This document shows positions 18,129 through 26,172 of a stretch of DNA of 62,739 nt, in pieces. The translations under genes and the position numbers were made by a program. A model generated the notes under the pieces. The model was not told the origin of the DNA. It saw only the letters and a list, made by a program, of their open reading frames with translations, and did not search any database. Within the stretch, counting starts at the first letter, position 1. Every line of letters begins with the position of its first letter. The DNA is from Bacteroidota bacterium (GTDB lineage: Bacteria > Bacteroidota > Ignavibacteria > Kapaibacteriales > UBA2268): the NCBI GenBank assembly GCA_009777815.1, contig WRLB01000001.1, positions 1-62,739 of the forward strand. Direction: 5' to 3'.

Positions 18129-18410
18129 CCAATTATATAATTGCTTTTTGCATTATAATATGCAATTTTCGATTTATATAATTGCTTTTTGCATTATAAT
18201 ATGCAATTTTCGATTTATATAATTGCTTTTTGCATTATAATACGCAAATTCCAATTATATAATTGCTTTTCCGATTATATAATTGCTTTTCCGATTATAT
18301 AATTGCTTTTCCAATTATATAATTGCTTTTCCAATTATATAATTGCTTTTCCGATTATATAATTGCTTTTCCGATTTATAAATTGCTTTTTCAAATAACA
18401 AATTGCTTAA
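18129..18410 (+). repeat. Tandem repeat array A: 3 x 41-bp units, then 8 x 20-bp units, ending at the aspS stop codon
   Basis: AATTGCTT starts at 18139, 18180, 18221, 18261, 18281, 18301, 18321, 18341, 18361, 18381 and 18401. The 20-bp unit is AATTGCTTTTCC(G/A)ATTATAT. Confidence 0.95.
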
Positions 18411-18446
18411 TCATTTTACTAAACTTATTCCTAATTCTTTTAATTG
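18400..18446 (-). repeat. Direct repeat R copy 2 (47 bp), the genuine 3' end of aspS
   Basis: Identical to 17393..17439. Confidence 0.9.
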
Positions 18447-20222
18447 TCCTGCGTCTATAACAGACGGACAGCCGTCCATCAATGATGTTGCACTTGTTGT
18501 TTTCGGAAATGCTATTACATCGCGTATATTATCTGTGCCGCAAAGCAACATCACTATTCTATCTATTCCAAGTGCTATTCCGCCGTGTGGTGGCGCCCCG
18601 TATTGCAATGCTTTTAGCAAAAAGCCAAACTTTTCTTCTTTTTCATTATCACTTAATCCAAGCAGTTCAAACACTTTACTTTGCACTTCAGAGTTATGTA
18701 TTCTGATGCTCCCGCCTCCTATTTCATTGCCATTTAAAACTAAATCATAAGCATCTGCATTTATGGTTGAAGGGTCTGTATTTAGCATATTTATCGCATT
18801 ATTTGCATCTAAATTAGGAGAAGTAAAAGGATGATGCTTCGACACATAACGCTCTGCATCCGAATCGTATTCAAATAAAGGAAAATCAATAACATAATGA
18901 AAACTATAAGTGTTTTTTAACTTATCAATAATGCCCAACTGCTTTGCTAATTCCAATCGCAAAGCACCAAGTATAGTTAATGCACGATATTTTTCATCAG
19001 ACGAAATTAAAATCAAATCATTATTTTCTGCATTTGCTATATCTTTTATTGCTTCTATGTCATTATCATTTAAGAACTTAGCAATAGGGGAAGATATCTC
19101 GCCTGATTCATTTATCTTAATATACGCCAAACCTTTTGCTCCATATTTCTTAGCAAAATCAGTTAAATTATCTAATTGCTTTCGCGAATAATTACCTGCT
19201 CCTTTGACATTTATAAGTGCAATATATCCGTCTTTTTGACTTAACACATCCTGAAAAACTTTGAAATCCACATCCTTCATTATATTAGTAATATCTTTAA
19301 TTTTCATATCAAAACGAATATCGGGCTTATCACTTCCATACTGCAACATAGCATCTTCATAAGTCATTCGCGGGAATTTATCGGGCAAGTTAATATTGAG
19401 AATTTCCTTCCAAAGTTCCTTAAAAAGTCCTTCAATAATAGTTAAAATATCATCTCTTTCAATAAAAGACATCTCTAAGTCCAGTTGCGTAAATTCAGGT
19501 TGTCTATCAGAGCGTAAATCCTCATCTCTAAAGCATTTTACAATCTGAATGTATTTATCAAAGCCCGCCATCATTAGTATTTGTTTATAAATCTGTGGAG
19601 ATTGCGGCAAGGCATAAAACTTCCCATTATGTATTCTACTCGGCACAACATAATCTCTTGCACCTTCGGGCGTGGATTTTACTAAAATAGGCGTTTCAAC
19701 TTCTAAAAAGTTATGTTTTTCAAAATATCTATGGATTATTTGATATACCTTATTCCTAATTATAAAATTTCGCTGCAAAGAATGCCTTCGCAAATCCAAA
19801 TAACGATAGCGGAGTTTAAGTTCTTCATTAGTATCTAAATTATCAACGATTTCAAATGGTGGCAGTTCTGCTTTATTTATAATTCCGAAATCATTTAGTA
19901 GTATTTCCATATATCCTGTAGGTATTTTAGGATTAGGGTTGGAACGCAATCTTAAATTACCTTCAGCCCATATAACATATTCTGATTTTAGTGCTTTTGC
20001 TTTTTCGGCGAGTTTAGGATAATTTTCGGTTTCAATAACGAGTTGCATTATTCCGTATCTATCTCTTAAATCAATAAATACAAGTCCGCCCATATCACGG
20101 ACATTATGAATCCATCCATTTAATATGAATTTATTTTTATAATTTTCTTGTTTAAATTCGTTTGGATTAATTACATTTTGAGCGAAGTCATTGCATATAG
20201 CATTTCTTTTTTTCCAGTTCAT
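18411..20222 (-). CDS. aspS: Aspartate--tRNA ligase
   Basis: 603 aa. OB-fold N-terminus (GWIHNVRDMGGLVFIDLRDRYG). Class II motifs (FRDEDLRSDRQPEFTQLDLE, GGGSIRIH, GAPPHGGIALGIDR). Confidence 0.95.
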   Translation of the reverse strand: MNWKKRNAICNDFAQNVINPNEFKQENYKNKFILNGWIHNVRDMGGLVFIDLRDRYGIMQLVIETENYPKLAEKAKALKSEYVIWAEGNLRLRSNPNPKIPTGYMEILLNDFGIINKAELPPFEIVDNLDTNEELKLRYRYLDLRRHSLQRNFIIRNKVYQIIHRYFEKHNFLEVETPILVKSTPEGARDYVVPSRIHNGKFYALPQSPQIYKQILMMAGFDKYIQIVKCFRDEDLRSDRQPEFTQLDLEMSFIERDDILTIIEGLFKELWKEILNINLPDKFPRMTYEDAMLQYGSDKPDIRFDMKIKDITNIMKDVDFKVFQDVLSQKDGYIALINVKGAGNYSRKQLDNLTDFAKKYGAKGLAYIKINESGEISSPIAKFLNDNDIEAIKDIANAENNDLILISSDEKYRALTILGALRLELAKQLGIIDKLKNTYSFHYVIDFPLFEYDSDAERYVSKHHPFTSPNLDANNAINMLNTDPSTINADAYDLVLNGNEIGGGSIRIHNSEVQSKVFELLGLSDNEKEEKFGFLLKALQYGAPPHGGIALGIDRIVMLLCGTDNIRDVIAFPKTTSATSLMDGCPSVIDAGQLKELGISLVK

Positions 20223-20248
20223 ATTATAACATTATTAATTCTATATTG

Positions 20249-20256
20249 CAAAAATA
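20249..20256 (-). promoter_or_regulatory. -7 box for aspS
   Basis: caaaaata equals TATTTTTG on the minus strand, 27 nt upstream of the ATG at 20222. Confidence 0.4.
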
Positions 20257-20269
20257 AGAAAAAAAACCT

Positions 20270-20277
20270 TATTTTTG
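20270..20277 (+). promoter_or_regulatory. -7 box for the prolyl oligopeptidase gene
   Basis: TATTTTTG, 21 nt before the ATG at 20298. Confidence 0.4.
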
Positions 20278-20297
20278 CATTTTATATATATTGCAAT

Positions 20298-22394
20298 ATG
20301 AATATCAAATTAAATTATTTATCTATTTTATTAGTGGCATCAACTATTTCACTAAACTCAATGGAAGCGTTTAATCCACCGCCGACTGAAATCATTCCCG
20401 TTGTGGATACGCTTTTTAATTACAATATAATTGATAACTATCGTTGGCTCGAAGATAAAAAAGACCCGAAAGTCCTCGAATGGTCGCAAGCACAACATAA
20501 TTATACTATCGATTATATTAACAAAAACTTCAAACAATATCCTGGAATGAAGGATGAAATCCGTGCTATTTATGATAGAGATAACATTTCTGCTCCATTT
20601 TTCAAGCACGACAGAGAGTTCTTTTATAAAAAGATGCGTGGCGAACAGCAATCTAAAATTTATACAAGAATCAAAAATAAAGAAGTTTTAATCTTTGACC
20701 CTCTTAAAATTGACCCGACAGGAAAAACCGCAATCAATTCATTTGTTCTCACAAAGAAAGGAGATAAAGCCGCTGTTGGAGTGCAATTCCAAGGGAATGA
20801 AGTCAATACTTTTTATGTTATTGATACAAAAACGGGAAAGCAAATAACAGAACCGCTTTCCGGTTTATCGGGCTGGGCTTGGACTCAAGACGAAAAAGGT
20901 GCTTATCTTTGGGAACGCACCCGCGAAATGTTAGAAAAGCAAATCCCTACGATTACTTATTATCACAAATTAGGTGATAATAGAAAAAATGATATAAAAC
21001 TTCTGCAACCCGATAATCCAAAAGATTTTGCAAGTATTTCTGATGACGATGAAGCACCATATACTATTGTTACAGATTCGGATTTTTGGTCTAATACATT
21101 ATATATTATGCCTCTTTATAATACTACAACAAATAACGATTTAACAAAGAAAAAGCAAATTTTTTCAAGCAAAGAGTTTAAAGCAAACCCTGATATTAGA
21201 AAAGATAAAATATATTTTATGACCAATCATAATGCACCAAATTGGAAAATTATGGTTGCTGATATTACTAATCCTGAATTTGAAAATTGGAAAGATTTTT
21301 ATCCCGAAAAAGAAACTAAACTTGAAGGATATGTTTTTACGAGTGATTATTTTTTAGCATATTATCGCAAAGATGTTTTAGCACATATTGATATTTATGA
21401 TTTGAATGGAAACTTCGTTAAAAAACTTGAAATGCCTGAAACCGCTGAACCATCAAGTATGAGTTATCATAAATTAACTAATACCGTTTATATCTCTTTT
21501 ACTTCTGTTGATGTTCCAACAAAAATATATTCGCTAAATGGCAAGACATTAGAGTGGAAATTCTTTTGGCAAGATACGACTATAAAAGTTGATGCAAAAG
21601 ATATTATTGTAGAACAAAAATTTTATAATTCTTTGGATGGCACTCGCATTCCTTTATTTATAATTCGCAAAAAAGATACTCCGCTTGATGGCAATAATCC
21701 TGTATTAATGTATGGTTATGGTGGTTTTAATAATGTTGTAAAACCAAGTTTTTTGAATCATTATTTATCTTTTATTAATCGCGGTGGCATTTATGTTTTG
21801 GGATGTTTTCGTGGCGGAGGTGAGTATGGTGAAGTGTGGCATCAAGGCGGAATGCTAAAGAATAAACAAAATACTATTTCTGATTGCATTGCTGCTTGCG
21901 AGTTTTTGATAAATGAAAAATATACTAATCCTAAACGAATTGCTTTGCGTGGTGGTTCTAATGGTGGAATACTAATTGGAGGGATGGCTGTTCAGCGACC
22001 TGATTTATTTAATGCGGCTGTGTGTGCTGTTCCGTTGTTAGATATGGTGCGTTATCATTTATTTTTAATGGGTCCTTATTGGATACCTGAATATGGTTCT
22101 GCTGATGTTAAAGAGGATTTAGATTACATTTTAACTTATTCGCCTTATCATAATATTCGGTCAGGGCTTGGAGTTCCATCATTATTGGTTAAAGCAGGTG
22201 AAAATGATGCAAGAGTGGATCCATTACACGCTAAAAAGTTTGCAGCAGCGTTGCAAAATCATATAGGACAAATAGAACCAATTTTCTTACATATTGACTT
22301 CGAAAGCGGACACGGAAGCGGACAAGCAATAGACCAACTAATAGATAACTTATACTTCGAACTCCGCTATATTATGGATAGAATAGGAATGTAA
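20298..22394 (+). CDS. Prolyl oligopeptidase family serine peptidase (S9A), secreted
   Basis: Start at MNIKLNYLSILLVASTISLNS (signal peptide). The longer ORF from 20148 overlaps aspS and the promoter. Catalytic region RGGSNGGILIG, ENDARV, ESGHGSG. Confidence 0.9.
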   Translation: MNIKLNYLSILLVASTISLNSMEAFNPPPTEIIPVVDTLFNYNIIDNYRWLEDKKDPKVLEWSQAQHNYTIDYINKNFKQYPGMKDEIRAIYDRDNISAPFFKHDREFFYKKMRGEQQSKIYTRIKNKEVLIFDPLKIDPTGKTAINSFVLTKKGDKAAVGVQFQGNEVNTFYVIDTKTGKQITEPLSGLSGWAWTQDEKGAYLWERTREMLEKQIPTITYYHKLGDNRKNDIKLLQPDNPKDFASISDDDEAPYTIVTDSDFWSNTLYIMPLYNTTTNNDLTKKKQIFSSKEFKANPDIRKDKIYFMTNHNAPNWKIMVADITNPEFENWKDFYPEKETKLEGYVFTSDYFLAYYRKDVLAHIDIYDLNGNFVKKLEMPETAEPSSMSYHKLTNTVYISFTSVDVPTKIYSLNGKTLEWKFFWQDTTIKVDAKDIIVEQKFYNSLDGTRIPLFIIRKKDTPLDGNNPVLMYGYGGFNNVVKPSFLNHYLSFINRGGIYVLGCFRGGGEYGEVWHQGGMLKNKQNTISDCIAACEFLINEKYTNPKRIALRGGSNGGILIGGMAVQRPDLFNAAVCAVPLLDMVRYHLFLMGPYWIPEYGSADVKEDLDYILTYSPYHNIRSGLGVPSLLVKAGENDARVDPLHAKKFAAALQNHIGQIEPIFLHIDFESGHGSGQAIDQLIDNLYFELRYIMDRIGM

Positions 22395-22405
22395 AAACCA
22401 AAAAT

Positions 22406-22461
22406 GTCATTCCGAATTTATTTCAGTGTCTATTTTAACACGGGGATTCATCCCCGTGTTA
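22406..22461. repeat. F1 left arm + F2 hairpin (left half of the composite element flanking the TA pair)
   Basis: GTCATTCCGAATTTATTTCAGTGTC 22406-22430. TTAACACGGGGATTCATCCCCGTGTTA 22435-22461. Confidence 0.8.
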
Positions 22462-22528
22462 TGTAATAATAAATAAAAAAAAGAAAAAGTTATATTTGTA
22501 TTTTGTAAATTAATTATTTAATAAAAAT

Positions 22529-22771
22529 ATGGCAGTAGCAATTGTAGAAGTTCCGTTTCAATTGGATTTATTACAACAAATAGATAATTTCGTCGAAGAA
22601 AAAACTTGTTCAAGAGCAGATATTATTCTTGAAGCAACTAAAATGTATATTGCACATAAACAAAATTGGCAAGATATATTTTTACTTGGTGACCATCTGG
22701 CTTTAGAGAATAATCTCGCTAAAGACGATGTTATAAACGAAATAAAGGCATACCGGCAAGAAAGAAAATGA
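22529..22771 (+). CDS. Ribbon-helix-helix (CopG-like) antitoxin
   Basis: 80 aa. Beta-strand IVEVPF followed by two helices (LLQQIDNF.., SRADIILEATKMY). 4-nt ATGA overlap with the PIN gene. Confidence 0.65.
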   Translation: MAVAIVEVPFQLDLLQQIDNFVEEKTCSRADIILEATKMYIAHKQNWQDIFLLGDHLALENNLAKDDVINEIKAYRQERK

Positions 22772-23193
22772 AACTCGTATTAGATACAAATGTTTTTATA
22801 TCCTCATTTTTTTGGAGCGGCAATCCTCGGAAAATAATGACAAGAATTATAGAAAGAAAAGATGTCCTGTTTGCTTCTAACGAAATACTACAAGAAGTAT
22901 TTTTTGTTATGTCACGCCCTAAATTTAATGTGTCTCATCATCAAGTTGTTCATTTTGTTAATTCTATTGCAGAAATTTCCAGTCGTGTTAATTTATTGGG
23001 AACAGTAAAAGGAGTTTGTCGTGATAGTGATGACGATAAAATATTGGAATGTGCTATATTAGGCAAAGTAGATTTTATAATTACAGGCGATAAAGATTTA
23101 TTAATTTTGAAAAAATTTAAAGAAATACCCATATTATCTCCTTTGGAATATATTGAAAAGATTAAAAAAATTAATAGATTAAACATCCATTAA
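22768..23193 (+). CDS. PIN-domain toxin (VapC-like, PIN_3 type)
   Basis: 141 aa. MKLVLDTNVFISSF (Asp5), ..NEILQEV.., CRDSDDDKILECA, IITGDKDLL acidic residues. Confidence 0.8.
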   Translation: MKLVLDTNVFISSFFWSGNPRKIMTRIIERKDVLFASNEILQEVFFVMSRPKFNVSHHQVVHFVNSIAEISSRVNLLGTVKGVCRDSDDDKILECAILGKVDFIITGDKDLLILKKFKEIPILSPLEYIEKIKKINRLNIH

Positions 23194-23250
23194 CACGGGG
23201 GCTTGCCCCCGTGCTAATTTTATGGGAATTCCGAAATAAATTCGGAATGA
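23190..23250. repeat. F2 hairpin + F1 right arm (right half of the composite element flanking the TA pair)
   Basis: TTAACACGGGGGCTTGCCCCCGTGCTAA 23190-23217 (contains the PIN stop codon). GGAATTCCGAAATAAATTCGGAATGA 23225-23250. Confidence 0.8.
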
Positions 23251-23382
23251 TATTTTGTATAATTCTCCTCATCTGTGCATTCACCACCGCTGCCGATTGC
23301 CTGATTAACGGCGGACCAATGACAGGAGCGTCAATTACAGACGATATAATAATTGCTGATGGATTAGATATACCTAATGTCC

Positions 23383-24375
23383 TTAAATAATAAAGCAATC
23401 AATCAGTTCGTCAATAGAAATTAAATAAAAACAATTAGCATAATTTGTTTCTGAAATCAAATTATATATAGCAGATTTTTCGTATTTGCAATTAATTATA
23501 TGATTCGTAAAATCATCAATATTACCACTAAAAAAGAAGTCACCATTTAGTTTGCAATCATTAATAATTCCGTCTTTAATATTCAAATTAACAATAACAT
23601 TGCCGCCACTTGTTAGTGTTCGTTTGGTAACATTAAATTCGGGCGACTTGCCATAGTTCCACTCCCAAGATAAAAACTTTTTATGTTCTATATTTTTAAT
23701 TATAGGAATATGTTCTTTGGAAATAGTAATTGTTTCCATATTTTTAGTGACAATATTTAGTATTTCATTTTTAAAATCTTCACTTGTCATATCAGGATTG
23801 CTTAAAAAAGGTTTTATGTTAATAACCTTATCTTTCGCCGATTTAACGCTTTTTGAAAAGATTTTATTGGTGCAAATAGTAAGTGCATTATTCATCTTAT
23901 CCAAATCAGCATCAAATAAAATACTACCATGATGCAAGCACCTATTACCTAAACTGAATTGAGCGTTCCCCGAAAACTTACGTTCATTTAAGATAAGGTC
24001 ATTCCTTCCCGAGAAATTACACTCAAGCCCTAATTTTTCCAAAATATACAATATTGGTTTAGTAAAGGCGTGGAAATTATTAGTGTTTTGCTTGTTTTTA
24101 TGTGTAATAAAACTAAATTGCCAGCAATTTTCATCTGTATAAATAGTTCCGCCGCCACTATTTCTTCTGATAATATCTATATTATTTTGTGTTGCATATA
24201 CGCAATTAATTTCCTCTATCGGATTTTGGAATCTACCAACCATTAAAGTTGGTTTATTATTCCATATAAAAAAATAGTCATCATTTAGATTGCTCTGTTT
24301 ATTAGTCATAATAAACTCTTCCAAAGCAAAACTATACGATGCTTTTAATTGATTATCAAATTCAATATATTTCAT
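23383..24375 (-). CDS. lplA: Lipoate--protein ligase
   Basis: 330 aa. RRNSGGGTIYTDENCWQFSF, GRNDLILNERKFSGNAQ, HHGSILFDADL. Confidence 0.88.
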   Translation of the reverse strand: MKYIEFDNQLKASYSFALEEFIMTNKQSNLNDDYFFIWNNKPTLMVGRFQNPIEEINCVYATQNNIDIIRRNSGGGTIYTDENCWQFSFITHKNKQNTNNFHAFTKPILYILEKLGLECNFSGRNDLILNERKFSGNAQFSLGNRCLHHGSILFDADLDKMNNALTICTNKIFSKSVKSAKDKVINIKPFLSNPDMTSEDFKNEILNIVTKNMETITISKEHIPIIKNIEHKKFLSWEWNYGKSPEFNVTKRTLTSGGNVIVNLNIKDGIINDCKLNGDFFFSGNIDDFTNHIINCKYEKSAIYNLISETNYANCFYLISIDELIDCFII

Positions 24376-24532
24376 AATTATTTTAATTTTTTTATTAATA
24401 TACGTTTTTTCTAATAATTAAATAACATTTTGTTTTTTATGAAACGTAACCTGTAAAAACGCCATACGCAGCATCCCAAATTAAATAAAGAGATGCCCAA
24501 ACAAGTTAGATATGGCTTAACGGCTAACTTTT

Positions 24533-25759
24533 TCACATAAATATAGTATCTTGTCTGTCGGGACCTGTGGATACGATTGAGATAGGGACTTCTACATAAT
24601 CTTCAATGAATTTTATGTAATCTCGTGTGGCAGAAGGAAGTTTATTAAAATCATTCAAGCCCGCAATGTTTTGCTGCCAACCCTTTAATGTAGTGTATTC
24701 TGGCAGAGCATCCGCACATTCATTAACAGGAAACATATTTGTTAAAGCACCTTTTAATTTATATTGCGTTGCTACTTTTATTTCATCAAAAGCGTCTAAT
24801 ACATCTAACTTTGTAATGACAATTTCGGTTATTCCGTTAATCATAACAGAATACTTTAAAGCAACTAAATCAAGCCAACCACACCTACGTTTCCTCCCCG
24901 TAGTAGAGCCAATCTCAAAACCACGCTCTGATAACATTTCGCCTATCGCATTTACTTGCTCCGTAGGAAAAGGACCATTGCCGACACGCGTGCAATATGC
25001 TTTTGTTATGCCAAGCACTTTATTTATTTTAGTTGGCGGAATTGCTGCACCAGTGCAAGCACCACCTGACGTAGTGTTAGAACTCGTAACAAAAGGATAA
25101 GTCCCGTAATCTATGTCTAATAAAGCACCCTGCGCCCCCTCAAGAATGATATTTTTATTCTTATTTATGGCATCGCTCATATAATAAGCCGTATCCTTAA
25201 TAAATGGAAGCAAAGCCATACAATGTGCTATAAATGCGTCAATTTTATCTATTTCCTCATCATTTTTTGTTATTGCCAGTATTTTTGCTCTTAATGCCTG
25301 TTCATTCCTGATATCGTGGACTCTAATCCCTGTTCTACTAATTTTATTAGTATAAGCAGGTCCGATACCCCGTCCTGTTGTGCCGATAGCCGTATTTAAC
25401 TCTTTTTCACGCATTAAATCAAGTTTTTTATAGATAGGCAAAACGATATTAGCATTTTCACTAATAAATAAGCGATTGCTTATATCAATATCATTTTCGG
25501 CTAACATATTTAACTCTTCTGTAAATGCTATCGGGTCAATAACTACGCCATTGCCAATCACACATTCTATGTTTTTATGCAAAATACCTGACGGAATTAG
25601 ATGTAATATATATTTTTTGCTATTGAAAACTAAGGTATGTCCTGCATTTGCTCCGCCTTGATAACGAGCAACAATATCTGCTTTTTCAGAAAGGTAATCG
25701 ACTATTTTTCCTTTACCTTCATCACCCCATTGGGCACCAACAATAATAGATACGCTCAT
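24533..25759 (-). CDS. purA: Adenylosuccinate synthase
   Basis: 408 aa. GAQWGDEGKGKIVD, GGANAGHT, GTTGRGIGPAY, GSTTGRKRRCGWLD. Confidence 0.95.
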   Translation of the reverse strand: MSVSIIVGAQWGDEGKGKIVDYLSEKADIVARYQGGANAGHTLVFNSKKYILHLIPSGILHKNIECVIGNGVVIDPIAFTEELNMLAENDIDISNRLFISENANIVLPIYKKLDLMREKELNTAIGTTGRGIGPAYTNKISRTGIRVHDIRNEQALRAKILAITKNDEEIDKIDAFIAHCMALLPFIKDTAYYMSDAINKNKNIILEGAQGALLDIDYGTYPFVTSSNTTSGGACTGAAIPPTKINKVLGITKAYCTRVGNGPFPTEQVNAIGEMLSERGFEIGSTTGRKRRCGWLDLVALKYSVMINGITEIVITKLDVLDAFDEIKVATQYKLKGALTNMFPVNECADALPEYTTLKGWQQNIAGLNDFNKLPSATRDYIKFIEDYVEVPISIVSTGPDRQDTIFM

Positions 25760-25792
25760 ATATTAGATTTATAATATTTTTAATTTAATATG

Positions 25793-25800
25793 CAAAAATA
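25793..25800 (-). promoter_or_regulatory. -7 box for purA
   Basis: caaaaata equals TATTTTTG on the minus strand, 34 nt upstream of the ATG at 25759. Confidence 0.4.
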
Positions 25801-25854
25801 CTTATTTTTCACTAATTATCTATATAATTGACATATTTTGCGTAAAAAAAACTC

Positions 25855-25871
25855 AATTAGTAACGTTTTGA
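25855..25871 (+). other. Conserved motif AATTAGTAACGTTTTGA (copy 2 of 3), abutting array B
   Basis: Same motif as 18053-18070 with one T fewer. Confidence 0.6.
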
Positions 25872-26060
25872 CGCGAAACGCCTTAATTTGACGCGAAACG
25901 CCTTAATTTGACGCGAAACGCGTTAATTTGACGCGAAACGCCTTAAATTGACGCGAAACGCCTTAATTTGACGCGAAACGCGTTAAATTGACGCGAAACG
26001 CGTTAAATTGACGCGAAACGCCTTAAAATGACGCGAAACGCCTTAAAATGACGCGAAACG
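25869..26060 (+). repeat. Tandem repeat array B: 9 full + 1 partial copies of the 20-bp unit TGACGCGAAACGC(C/G)TTAA(T/A)(T/A)
   Basis: Unit starts at 25869, 25889, ... 26049 (exactly 20 bp apart). Units 3, 6 and 7 contain the inverted repeat ACGCG-AAA-CGCGT. Confidence 0.95.
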
Positions 26061-26142
26061 CACGAAAAAAACTCCTAATTTGATTTTAAGTCACGTAATG
26101 TAAAAGAATAAGAGGATTGCGGATAATTACATATTTTTTCCT

Positions 26143-26150
26143 TATTTTTG
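26143..26150 (+). promoter_or_regulatory. -7 box for rng
   Basis: TATTTTTG, 23 nt before the ATG at 26173. Confidence 0.4.
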
Positions 26151-26172
26151 CAAAAATACAAAATGAAATTAA

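Noticed and set aside
18129-18410. Possible CRISPR array (also considered for 25869-26060 and 61230-61406)
   Set aside because: Repeat units abut one another with no unique spacers. Units are 20 bp, and no cas genes or typical leader are present. These are plain tandem repeats.
20148-20297. Longer N-terminus of the prolyl oligopeptidase ORF (start at 20148)
   Set aside because: The extension overlaps the aspS 5' end and both promoter boxes. Met51 (20298) is followed by a good signal peptide and lies 21 nt after TATTTTTG.
23171-23398. 75-aa minus-strand ORF between the PIN gene and lplA
   Set aside because: Its C-terminal third is translated F1/F2 repeat (..SPRVNG..), it overlaps the lplA end, and it has no start context. 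Probably spurious.
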